NCBI GenBank assembly: GCA_002104905.1 | Contig: MCFE01000430.1 | Location: 12,275 to 76,274 of the forward strand | Direction of reading: 5' to 3' | Source: Basidiobolus meristosporus CBS 931.73 | Lineage: Eukaryota > Fungi > Basidiobolomycota | DNA length: 64,000 nt | Part shown: piece by piece, positions 24,955 through 35,700 of the stretch | Numbering within the stretch: the stretch's first letter is position 1 | Layout: every line of letters begins with the position of its first letter | The notes under the pieces: model-generated | What the model was told of the DNA's origin: nothing | Seen by the model: the letters and a program-made list of their open reading frames with translations, nothing else | Database searches by the model: none | Translations under genes and position numbers: made by a program

Positions 24955-27900
24955 TCAACACTCCCCCTCAACTAAATAATTTCTTAATCCCAATTTCTCT
25001 CTAAGGATCTCAAACTGTGGCCTAGCTAGTGGCTTTGTCATTATGTCTGCCACCATTTTGTCAGTTGGGCAGTAAACCAGCTCTACTAAGTTATTTTCTA
25101 CAGCTTCCCTCACAAAGTGATGCTGTATATCAATGTGCTTAGTTCTGGCATGATTAGTAGGATTTCTAGCTAATGAAATACAACTTTGATTATCCTTGTA
25201 AATACATGTTGGTTCACCTGAATTAAAACCTAAGTCTTTGAATAATTTTCGTAGCCATATAGCCTCCTTAGTTGCTTGACATGCAGCCATATATTCGGCT
25301 TCAGTTATAGATAGTGCCACAGTTGGTTGTTTCTTGCAATTCCAAGTAATAGCTGCACCAGCATAAACAAATACATAGCCTGTGGTAGAGCATCTGTCAA
25401 TCAAATCCCTACCCCAATCTGAATCACTATAACCATCAAATTTTTGCCTATTTGCTGCTCCAGAGTATTCCAGCACCATATTTATGGTACCTTGTGGATA
25501 TCTGAAAATCTGCTTAACTGCTGCAATTTGATCTGATCCATAATTCTGCATGAATTGACTGACTATTCCAACTGCTACTGCAATATCTGGACGTGTAGAC
25601 ACCATCAAGTACATTAGGCTACCGACCATTGATTGATAGGGAAAGTTTTGGTCCATATTTGAGCCGTTTTCATCTATAACTGGCTGAGATTTGCTTAATT
25701 TCAGGTTATTGTCCATAGGGGTTGCTGCAGGTTTGCAATTTTCCATTTTGAAGCGTCTAAGAATGTCCCTGATGTACTTAGACTGATTCAGCACAATTTT
25801 CTGCGTAGGTATGTCAAATTTGACCTCAATTCCAAGAAAATAGCTCAATTTTCCAAGATCTTTCATCTCAAACTTGCTGAAGAGATCTGATTTCGTCTGT
25901 TTAAGTGCCTCTTGATCACTTGTAGCTATAATTAGGTCGTCCACATAAAGAACTAGGATGATCACACCCTTTTTCAGCTGTTTCACATATATACTGTGAT
26001 CTGCAGTGCTACGAGAGAACCCAATTTCCTCTAGATATGTGTTAATCTTGTTATACCATGCTCTGGGTGCCTGCTTAAGCCCATACAACAATTTTCTAAG
26101 TTTGCACACCTTATGGGGGCTTTTTGGATCGGTAAAACCTTCTGGTTGCTCCATATATATAGTTTCTTGCAAATCCCCATTTAGAAAGGCTGTTTTGACG
26201 TCCATTTGGTGTAGATCTAGACTGTGTACAGCTGCCAGGGCTAGAACTGTCCTAATAGAGTTAAACTTGGCAACCGGAGCAAATGTTTCCTTAAAGTCTA
26301 GTCCCTGAATCTGGGAATAGTCTGTAGCTACCAATCTACCCTTGTACTTATCAACGGCACCATTTGAGGTTATCTTGATCTTGTAGACCCATCTACATCC
26401 TATTGGCTTTCTCCCATTTGGTAAATCTACCAGTTCCCACGTTTTTGCCTTGATCAGTGATTGGTACTCCTCATGCATGGCTTGTTGCCACTTAGTAGCA
26501 TCTGGACCTTGCATTGCCTGTTCCAGATTCTGAGGTTCGGCACATAAGGCAAGATAAGCTTCTTCATGATCATTGGATGTCTGCCACCAGGATCCAGGGG
26601 CATTTCTTATTCTAGTAGATCTCCTAACTGGGATAATCTGTTCTGATCTGGAACTGGTAGAAGTATCTTCCATCTCTGGCTGGATTTGGTACGTATCTTC
26701 TTCATTTATGTTGATTGCATCATTAGGCAGCTGGCCAATGATTTCTGTGGCTTTCTGATCTGAATTCTCCTCAAATACAACGTCCCTGCTCTTGATCAGC
26801 TTCTGAATTTCGCCATCATACACTCTATACCCTTTAGTATCTTCACAATACCCAAGAAAGATCCCTTTTCTACTCTTTGGTTCCAACTTTGAGCGTTTTT
26901 TGTCAGGGATGTGATAAAAAACATCACTGCCAAAGATCCTGAGGTGCTGGAGATCTGGTTTTTTGCCTGTATATGCTTCAAAGGGTGTAGAATCATGTAG
27001 TGCTGTTGTTGGGCATCTGTTCTTGATGTGTACAGCGGTAGCAACAGATTCAGCCCAAAACTTGTAGTCCATTCCCTTATCATGTAGCATAGATCTTCCC
27101 ATCTCTACTATTGTTCTATTTGCACGTTCTGCTACTCCATTTTGCTGTGGAGTATGAGGAACTGTGGTCTGTTGAGGTATACCAGTAGACAAGCAGTATT
27201 TTGCAAACTCCTTTGAGCAGTATTCTCCTCCATTGTCACTTTGCAGTACCTTCAATTTACACCCAGTTTGTGTTTCTGCCATGTTCTTGAAGTGCTTAAA
27301 CGTCTCTAAAGCTTCATCCTTTGTTTTGAGGAAGTACACCCATGTATATCTTGTCTTGTCATCAATAAACGTCATAAAGTATCTCTTGGCTCCAAAGGAG
27401 AGTGTTCTCATGGGGCCACATATGTCTGAGTGTACAATAGCCAATATTTCGGTGGTATTGATGCCTTCTGAGCTCTTGAAACGTTGCCTGGCTTGTTTGC
27501 CATATGAGCATCCCTTACAAACATTCAATTTGATTGAAATTGAGTATTTTAGGCCCAAAACAAGCTGATTTTTCACCAATTGGCTCATTTTCTGTTCCCC
27601 TATGTGTCCTAGCCTCCTATGCCACATCTCCCAGTTGGTTTCATCAGTTTCAGCAATGTTGACATACTCAGGTACAATGATCTTGCATTGTAACTTGTAT
27701 ATATTGTGATCTCTGATTCCTGAAGCTAATTTTTGTCCATTTTCACTCAATATTGAGCAGCTCAGCTTAGTAAAAACAAATTTCAGTCCCTGAGTAGTTG
27801 CTTTACTGACTGAGAGTAGGTTCTTAGCTATTCCAGGTACATAGAGTACGTCAGTCAGTTTTGCTGTTGTTGCCCCTGAGTTATCACTCATATTTAGTTG

Positions 27901-28872
27901 TATAGACCCACTGGCGGTAGCTTCCAATGCAGAGTTATCTCCCAGATAAACCTTTCTTACGGGAATAGTCTTTAAGTTACTGAACCAATCCTTTATACCA
28001 CAAATATGCTGTGATGCTCCAGAGTCAATATACCATTCATTACTTTGGTTACTTGCACTCTCTTGTACAGTGACAAATAGCTGTTCATCAGTAGTTATAT
28101 GGTTTGCCTGCTCTAGTTTCTGTTTTTCGTCTGCTTGTTTCTTCTTGCATTCTCTTGCCCAGTGTCCTGGCTTCTTACAGTAGTTACAGCAGCCAGGTTT
28201 TCTTCGGTTTTGTTGCTTTCCCTTCTTTTCTGTATGCCTTTCTGAACTGAATAAAGCATTATCTTCAATTTTCTCTGCTTGGTCATTACGTCTGAGTTCT
28301 TCATGGAGAAGTCTTCCTTTGACATAGTCTAAAGTCAAGTTGTCTTCTCTGCTTTCAAAAGAAAGTATGAATGGCTCATACTTGTCTGGTAGGCTGCAAA
28401 GCAGACAGAGTATCTTTTCTTCATCATCTACACCAGCATTAATACTGTAAAGTTCTTCTGCAAGTGTCTCCATTCTGGTAATGAGTTGTAGCATGTCATC
28501 ATCTGGCTTTTTTCTCATGTTGAAGAACTTTCGTTTCAAATAAAGCTTGCTTGATACTGACTTTGCTCTAAAGATCTTCTCCAAGGATTCCCATGCTGCT
28601 TTGGCAGTATTTGAGGCATGGATTTGTCCAATGAAGGAGTCTTGCACATTGATGCATATTGCATTGAAGGCCTTTCTCTCCTTTTCTTGAAACTTCTCCA
28701 AATCTTCTGCTGTTCCTTTGGGCTCAACTTCCTTTCCTGTTACTATGTTCCAAAGCTTTGTTTCCTCAAGGTGGATCTGCATCTTGATTCTCCAAAGTCT
28801 GTAGTTCTTCCTATCAAACCTCTCCTTTACAGGGAAGATGTTGGTATTGCTTTGTTTGCTGGTAGAAGTCAT
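24955..28872 (-). CDS. Copia Gag-Pol polyprotein, 1305 aa
   Basis: CNYCKKPGHWAREC knuckle; WYIDSGAS protease; WHRRLGH/CKGC; integrase HSDICGP, SDNGGEY, QNGVAER; RT MDVKTAFLNG, LYVDD; RNase H YSDSDW, EAEY, ADIMTK. Domain order PR-IN-RT-RH. Confidence 0.97.
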   Translation of the reverse strand: MTSTSKQSNTNIFPVKERFDRKNYRLWRIKMQIHLEETKLWNIVTGKEVEPKGTAEDLEKFQEKERKAFNAICINVQDSFIGQIHASNTAKAAWESLEKIFRAKSVSSKLYLKRKFFNMRKKPDDDMLQLITRMETLAEELYSINAGVDDEEKILCLLCSLPDKYEPFILSFESREDNLTLDYVKGRLLHEELRRNDQAEKIEDNALFSSERHTEKKGKQQNRRKPGCCNYCKKPGHWARECKKKQADEKQKLEQANHITTDEQLFVTVQESASNQSNEWYIDSGASQHICGIKDWFSNLKTIPVRKVYLGDNSALEATASGSIQLNMSDNSGATTAKLTDVLYVPGIAKNLLSVSKATTQGLKFVFTKLSCSILSENGQKLASGIRDHNIYKLQCKIIVPEYVNIAETDETNWEMWHRRLGHIGEQKMSQLVKNQLVLGLKYSISIKLNVCKGCSYGKQARQRFKSSEGINTTEILAIVHSDICGPMRTLSFGAKRYFMTFIDDKTRYTWVYFLKTKDEALETFKHFKNMAETQTGCKLKVLQSDNGGEYCSKEFAKYCLSTGIPQQTTVPHTPQQNGVAERANRTIVEMGRSMLHDKGMDYKFWAESVATAVHIKNRCPTTALHDSTPFEAYTGKKPDLQHLRIFGSDVFYHIPDKKRSKLEPKSRKGIFLGYCEDTKGYRVYDGEIQKLIKSRDVVFEENSDQKATEIIGQLPNDAININEEDTYQIQPEMEDTSTSSRSEQIIPVRRSTRIRNAPGSWWQTSNDHEEAYLALCAEPQNLEQAMQGPDATKWQQAMHEEYQSLIKAKTWELVDLPNGRKPIGCRWVYKIKITSNGAVDKYKGRLVATDYSQIQGLDFKETFAPVAKFNSIRTVLALAAVHSLDLHQMDVKTAFLNGDLQETIYMEQPEGFTDPKSPHKVCKLRKLLYGLKQAPRAWYNKINTYLEEIGFSRSTADHSIYVKQLKKGVIILVLYVDDLIIATSDQEALKQTKSDLFSKFEMKDLGKLSYFLGIEVKFDIPTQKIVLNQSKYIRDILRRFKMENCKPAATPMDNNLKLSKSQPVIDENGSNMDQNFPYQSMVGSLMYLMVSTRPDIAVAVGIVSQFMQNYGSDQIAAVKQIFRYPQGTINMVLEYSGAANRQKFDGYSDSDWGRDLIDRCSTTGYVFVYAGAAITWNCKKQPTVALSITEAEYMAACQATKEAIWLRKLFKDLGFNSGEPTCIYKDNQSCISLARNPTNHARTKHIDIQHHFVREAVENNLVELVYCPTDKMVADIMTKPLARPQFEILREKLGLRNYLVEGEC

Positions 28873-28896
28873 CTTTAGAATAGATTAAGGCAATCG

Positions 28897-28908
28897 GGGC
28901 TCATAACC
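28897..28908 (-). promoter_or_regulatory. Primer-binding site GGTTATGAGCCC (anticodon stem-loop of initiator tRNA-Met; half-tRNA priming type)
   Basis: Directly abuts the 5' LTR. Same motif at 35832-35843 and, as GGCTATGAGCCC, at 33091-33102. Confidence 0.85.
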
Positions 28909-30297
28909 TGTTGCAATTTAAGAAGTGATTTGGATATAAGGAACTTATCAAGAAATAGTGATAATAGTTGAACTGTTGTTTATTCATAAAGAAGCTCAGT
29001 ATTTATACCTTTGTAGAAGTAATACAGCTGCAACACTAAGTAGGGAGGGTTTCTCAATATTCAGGAGCATTCTGTAACAGTTTCAGGGTTAGTACATAAT
29101 GTTTGGTAATGGTGCTAATTTGATCCTGACTATAGGGGAATAATCATAAGATCATGTATCTGGAGAAAGTGGCAAAGTTAAGGCAGTAAATGAGTCCTGC
29201 AGTGACTAAGACTAGCCTAGAATTGTTAAGTAAATTTTTAGCTGCTGAATGATACCAAATAGTCCAATATTTCAACAGTTGAATCTGTTGTACTCTTGCT
29301 AACAATAGCTCTGATGTTGTCATGGCTTGCTTCCATGGGAGGGTAAGCCAATTCTCAAAAGATATGTCTATTGGCAAAACAGCTTCATGTCCATATATCA
29401 AAAAAATGGTGTATAGCCTGTACTTCTTTTAACCATAGCTTTATCAGCCTAAATTGCTGCGCAAAAGTTATTTGCCCACTTTTTGGGTTCTACATAGCTA
29501 AGCTTGGCTAATGTGTTTGCAAAAGCAGAATGTCCACATTCAACTGGTGAATTTGCTTGTGAGTGATGGAGTGTAGTATGTAAAAGCTTGGTTCCATTCC
29601 TCACTGTTTGTGCTTGTTATTCATAACATCCACATTCTCCATTGTCTGCAATAAATGTGCCAATGGAACCATGTCTCAGATACACATCTTCTTTAAGGAT
29701 TCATCCTACTGCTTTTGCATAGGCTTGTTTCAGTATTCTAGCCTCTATCCAACAGTAAAGTTATCACAACAGTCCACCACATTGCTTTACCCTGCAGTTG
29801 CTCTTGGTAAATATATAATATCTACATGTGCAAATTGCCAAGCATAAGATGTGTGTATACTGTGAAGTGGTTCAAATATCTTTTGGTTACTTCTTCTTTG
29901 GCACAGAATACACAATTTCACATATTCCTTTGTGTTGGTGTGTAGTGTTGGCCAAAAATACCGTATGGAGATTTTTTTATCTGCTGATGTAATTTGTTTA
30001 TGACCTCCTGATTCAGATTCATGCAATTCTTGAGTGATCTTCTCTTGATCATGCTCTTCATGTATATACTGTTGAGGAACTCCATGTTTGCTTTTGCTGA
30101 AAAGTGCGCCATCATGCAGTATAAACTTCAAAGCCTTCTTTTTAAAATTTTCATGTTGATTTGTGGGAATATCAGCAGGAACTTTGAGTGATGTAAGAAA
30201 CTCCTTGATTTGTTGATAATTGCTTTGTATCATATGTCTGAATGCAAATCCAAGACTTGTGTTTTCAAGAAACTCATCAATTTCATCATCATAATTA

Positions 30298-30617
30298 CCT
30301 TAAGAAAAAAAATTGAGAAAAGGCCAGCAAAATACCATCATAGTATCAGCTGGATTCCAAGTTTCTCAAAATTGACAACTCTGAATATCTCTGTTGATAG
30401 CCAATGAGCAGGCAAGCAAACAAGTTCTTCAGGAGGAAACTAGGCTAGCTAGCATCCTTACCAAATTTCGTAATTAGCTGCCCATTACTTTCATCACAAA
30501 TTTCATTTGAAATTTGAACCTAAGATACCAGCTGAATACCAGCAAAATACCATTAGAATACCAGCTGAATACCAGCTAAAAATCAGATGAACTCCAAGTA
30601 TGAGATTTTTCATAGGG
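30298..30617. mobile_element. 320-bp non-autonomous CMC-like element with AATACCAGC subterminal repeats
   Basis: Ends CCTTAAGAAAAA / TTTTTCATAGGG. It interrupts a Gypsy pol frame and carries repeated (A)ATACCAGC motifs at 30525-30580. Confidence 0.65.
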
Positions 30618-30747
30618 ATAAGTTGAGTATGGTGAATATGGTTGCTTTCTAGATAAGGCATCAGGTCCTTTGACCATCATTGCACCTCATGGGTCAGAGC
30701 AAAGAGGGCCAAAGGGATGCATATAATACTCAATGACCACAGCAATA

Positions 30748-31470
30748 CCCTATGAGAAATAATTCAGAAGATTATGTCAAAAGTCCATCACAAAGCTAAA
30801 GTCCCCTGAGTAAGAGGTAGTAATTTTGTCAGAACACTATCAAAAGACTGCTGAGAAACAATTGCACCCCAGATATAACAAAAAACTTGGTCAAAATTAT
30901 TATTCACCACAGTACACAAGTTGCCTTTGATTGATCCTCTGCCAATTCTCTTGCTTTCAGATCCCAAACACTCCATCACCTCCTATTTTTGTGGATATTG
31001 ATTGGCTAGAGCCTTTTTTTCACACTCTTTACTTCCTGATAAACTAATTCTCTTACTTTCATGCACACATATTGATTTATCTTGATTGAAACTTCAGTTG
31101 TACCTTAAGTGCAAATTGTGTTGACCCATGCAAGTCCCTATACTCAGCAGTAGCAATAAACCCAGCCTCACACTCAACAAGTACTTGCATTAGAATCCAC
31201 TCTTCAATAAGTATTTGTGCTGTAATGCCCTTCTTCCATGACTTTGGCAGGGGCCCTGCAGCTTTATGCCACTGTTCATTCACTGGTTCCTATACATCCT
31301 GGTCTTCAGCTGTCACTGCAGAGTCTAGCACCTCATCTGCCAGTCTTTACAATACGTCCTTGCAATAGTCAACTGTTTTTCTTGAGCACTGCTCTTGAAG
31401 AAGGGCTGCCACCTCTTGGTATGAGTACTTGGGTTCCAAAACTCCACTGAAGGCATTATTATAGTCTATT
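30748..31470 (-). mobile_element. CMC element left end and accessory ORF C-terminal relic
   Basis: Starts CCCTATGAGAAAT. ORFs 30788-30979 and 31077-31283 (MNEQWHKAAGPLPKSWKKGITAQILIEEWIL) match the other copies. Confidence 0.8.
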
Positions 31471-31473
31471 AAG

Positions 31474-31590
31474 TGTTGTAAAAACTTGTAATTCCACGTA
31501 TATATTCACCTAACTTAGTCACTTTGATCATTACCTTCAAATCCCAGAGAATACTGACCAAATTCCTTGTTGGGATTCACTTTGTAAATT
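31474..31590 (+). repeat. LTR-D 5' fragment
   Basis: Matches 719-850. Confidence 0.7.
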
Positions 31591-31594
31591 CTCA

Positions 31595-32716
31595 CCAAAA
31601 CAAAAAACCTTCTGGAACTCCTTGATTAGTAATCACTTAGTCAGTAAGAAAAGCATGCAAGGAAGTCAATCCCTCAACAATAAATCATCATCCCTTTTAT
31701 CTATATACCAACTTGTTGATTAGTGTGATCACACCTACCTGCTGCTACCTGAGCTTCCAACCCCAGACCACAGTACACTTGCAGGAAACCATGCTGACAG
31801 CCAACTGACCCTGGTGGCAATACTTTTGAGGAATAATCAGAGTAGGTATCTTTTATTACACTTGATTCTTTGCCAAGTTTGTTCTTGCACAGGCAAAGAT
31901 ACTTTCCTGTCTTTGTAACTGTTGACCACAGCTGCATTCTTATCAAGTCCCTGCTGGTGGAGTTTGCAGTTGTTTTGACTTTGGAAGCTTTACTACATTG
32001 TCATTTCAAAGGACACAGTGGTGGTGTATAGGTCCAACACTTTCAGGTGTTATATGTGTGGGGTGTTCACTGGGTACAATAACTTCCGGCAAAGCTTGCT
32101 AGCAATACTTGGGTTGTTTCTCTAATCTAATGTGAAGGGGAATAAATTCACAAGCTTGAGAAGGGAAAACTATTGAGCTACAATTCCCAACTTAGTTGGT
32201 ATCTTAACAAAAGTATGTGCTGGGCTCAGCATCCTTTGAAATGATAATGTACTAAAGTTTCCAAATTCAAAACAACTGTAAACTCCACCAGCAGGGACTT
32301 GATGAGAATGCAGCTGTGGTCAATAGCTACAAAGACAGAAAAGTAGCTTTGCCTGTGTAAGAATAAACTTGGAAAAGTTAAGGGTTGTAGAGAAATAGGG
32401 AAGTAGAAAATATAGGAATGAGCACATTAGTCAGTGGGTGTCACTGCAACCCCACTACAATGCCAAACCCAGCACATACTTTTGTCAGGACTTCAATTAA
32501 GTTGGGGATTGTAGCTCAATAGTTTTCCTTTGACAAGCTTGTGGCTTTATCCCTCATCATATTGGATTAGAGACAGAACCCAAGTACTCCTAGCAAGCTT
32601 TTGCCAGAGGTTATTGCACCATGTGAGCACCCCACACACAAAACACTTGGGAAGTGTTGGACATATCTCTCCCTTGGACCTATACACCACCACATAGGTG
32701 GCACCCAATGTGAGGG
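31595..32716 (+). repeat. Partial LTR-A plus PBS, containing a reversed, internally deleted LTR-A (32017-32459)
   Basis: Homologous to 59510-60185. Insert flanked by ACAC/ATGC (empty site ACGC at 59925-59928). PBS TGGCACCCAATGTGAGG at 32699-32715. Confidence 0.8.
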
Positions 32717-32721
32717 GTTCA

Positions 32722-35700
32722 TGTTGATATATTGGACTATTTGGTATCATTCTGCAGCTTAAAATTTACTTAACAATTCTGGACTAGTCTTGGTCACCGT
32801 AGGACTAATTTACAGCTCTAACTTTGCCACTTTCTTCAGATCTATGATCTTATGATTATTCCCCAATAGTCAGGATCAAATTAGCACAAATACTAACTAT
32901 TATGTACTAACCCTGAAATTGTTACAGATTGCTCCTAAATATTGAGAAACCCCTCTTACTTAGTGTTACAGCTGAATTACTTCTACAAAGGTATAAATAC
33001 TGAGCTTCTTTATTAATTAACAACAGTTCAACTATTATCACTATTTCTTGATAGGTTCCTTATATTCAAATCACTTCTTAAATTGCAACAGGCTATGAGC
33101 CCCAATTGCCTTAATCTATTCTATAGGTGACTTCTACCAGCAAACAGAACAACACAAACATCTTCCCTGTAAAGGAGAGGTTTGATGAAAAGAACTACAC
33201 ACTCTGGAGAATCAAGATGCAGATCCACCTTAAGGAAAGAGAGCTTTGGAATATAGTAACAGGAAAAGAAGTTGAGCCCAAAGGAACAGCAGAAGAAGTG
33301 GAGAAGTTTAAAGAGAAGGAGAGAAAGGCCTTTAATGCCATATGTATCAATGTGCAAGATTCCTTCATTGGACAAATCCATGCCTCAAATACTGCCAAAG
33401 CAGCATGGGAATCCTTGGAGAAGATCTTTAGAGCAAAGTCAGTATCAAGCAAGCTTTATTTGAAACAAAAGTTCTTCAACATGAGGAAGAAGCCAGATGA
33501 TGATATGTTGCAACTCATTACCAAAATGGAGACACTTGCAGAAGAACTTTACAGTATTAATGCTGTTGTAGATGATGAAGAAAAGATACTCTGTCTGCTT
33601 TGCAGCCCACCAGACAAGTATGAGCCACTCATACTTTCTTTTGAAAGCAGAGAAGACAACTTGACTTTAGGCTATGACAAAGGAAGACTTCTCCATGAAG
33701 AACTCAGACGTAATGACCAAGCAGAGAAAATTGAAGATAATGCCTTATTCAGTTCAGAAAGGCACTCAGAAAAGAAGGGAAAACAACAAAACCAAAGAAT
33801 ACCTGATTGCTGTAAATATTGTAAAAAGCCAGGACACTGGGCAAGAGAATGCAAGAAGAAACAAGCAGACAAAAGCATTTGACTCTAGCATTACAGCATA
33901 TTTGTGGTATAAAGGAGAGGTTCAGCAACTTAAAAACTATTCCCGTAAGAAAGGTTTATCTGGGAGATAACTCTGCTCTGGAAGCTACCGCAGGTGGGTC
34001 TATTCAACTAAATATGAGCAATAGCTCAGAGGCAACTACAGCAAGACTCACGGACATACTCTATGTACCTACAATAGCTCAGAACTTACTCTCAGTCAGT
34101 AAAGCAACTGCTCAAGGACTGAAATTTGTTTTTACTACGATGAGCTGCTCAATATTGCGTGAGAATGGCCAAGAATTAGCTTTGAACATCAGAGATCACA
34201 ATATATACAAGTTATAATGCAAGATCATTGTACCTGAGTATGTCAACATTGCTGAAACTGAAGAAACCAACTGGGAGACATAGCAAAGGAGGCTACAACA
34301 CATTGGGGAACAGAAAGTGAGCCAATTGGTGAAAAATCAGCTTGTTTTGGGCCTAAAATACTCAATTCAGATCAAATTGAATGTTTGTAAGGGATGTTCA
34401 TATAGCAAGCAAGCTAGGCAATGTTTCAAGAGCTCAGAAGGCATCAATACCATCAAAATATTGACTATTGTACACTCTGACATATGAGGTGCCATGAGAA
34501 CACTGTCCTTTGGAGCCAGGAGATACTTTATGACATTTATTGATGACAAAACAAGATATACATTGGTGTACTTCCTCTAAACAAAGGATAAAGCTTTAGA
34601 GACATTTAAGCACTTCAAGAAAATGGCCAAAACACAAACTGGGTGTAAATTGAAGGTACTACACAGTGACAATGGAGGAGAATACTGCTCAAAGGAGTTT
34701 GCAAAATACTGCTTGTCTACTGGTATACTTCAACAGACCACAGTTCCTCATACTCCACAGCAAAATGGAGTAGCAGAAGGTGCAATTAGAGCAATAGTAG
34801 AGATGGGAAGATCTATGCTACATGATAAGGGAATGGACTACAAGTCTTAGGCTGAATCTGTTGCTACCTCTGTATACATCACGTACAAAGGCCCAACAAC
34901 AGCATTACGTAATTGTACACCTTTTGAAGAATATACAGGCAAAAACCAGATCTCTAGCACCTCCAGATCTTTGGCAGTATTGTTTTTATCACATCCCTGA
35001 CAAAAAACGCTTAAAATTGGAACCAGCAAGTCGCTAAGGGATCTTTCTTGGGTATTGTGAAGATACTAAAGGGTATAGAGTGTAGGATAGCAAAAATCTG
35101 AAGCTGATCAAGAGCAGGGACATTGTTCTTGAGTAGAATTAGGATCAGAAAGCCACAGAAATCATTGGCCAGCTGCCTGATGATGCAATCAACATTAATG
35201 AAGAAGATACATACCAAATCCAGCAAGATACGGAGGATACTTCTACCAGTTCTAGATCTTAGCAGATTATCCCACTTAGGAGATCTACCAGAATAAGAAA
35301 TGCCCCTGGATCCTGGTGGCAGACATCTAATGATCATGAAGAAGTAGATCTTGCCTTATGTACCAAACCTCATAATCAGGAACAGGCAATGCAAAGTTCA
35401 GATGCCTCTAAGTGGCAACAAGCTATGCAGGAGGAGTACCAATCACTGATCAAGGCAAAAACTGTTGAAATATTGGACTGTTTGGTATCATTCAGCAGCT
35501 AAAAATTTACTTAACAATTCTAGACTAGTCTTAGTCACTGTAGGACTTATTTACTGCGTTAACTTCACCACTTTCTCCAGATATATGATCTTATAATTAT
35601 TCCCCTATAGTCAGGATCAAATTAGCACCATTACCAAACATTATGTACTAACCCTGAAACTGTTACACAATGCTCCTGAATATTGAGAAACCCTCCCTAC

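Larger units (their letters stand above)
24592..29277 (-). mobile_element. Full-length Ty1/Copia retrotransposon (family 1), young
   Basis: 369-bp LTRs (24592-24960, 28909-29277) differ at 2 positions by my comparison; TSD GTTGA on both sides; PPT 24961-24972; PBS 28897-28908; single intact ORF. Confidence 0.97.
24249..30747 (-). pseudogene. Gypsy family B RNase H end and integrase relic, interrupted by Copia (24592-29277) and a short CMC element (30298-30617)
   Basis: GPDALSRK at about 30660; ORF 29787-30233 HESESGGH...YFWPTL...CILC...HVDII; ORF 29144-29401 IYGHEAVLPID; the frame continues left of the Copia TSD. Confidence 0.85.

Noticed and set aside
26006-28878. Plus-strand ORFs overlapping the Copia gag-pol (and the equivalents in 33121-38637)
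   Set aside because: They are antisense or alternative-frame shadows of the polyprotein. They recur only because the element is repeated.
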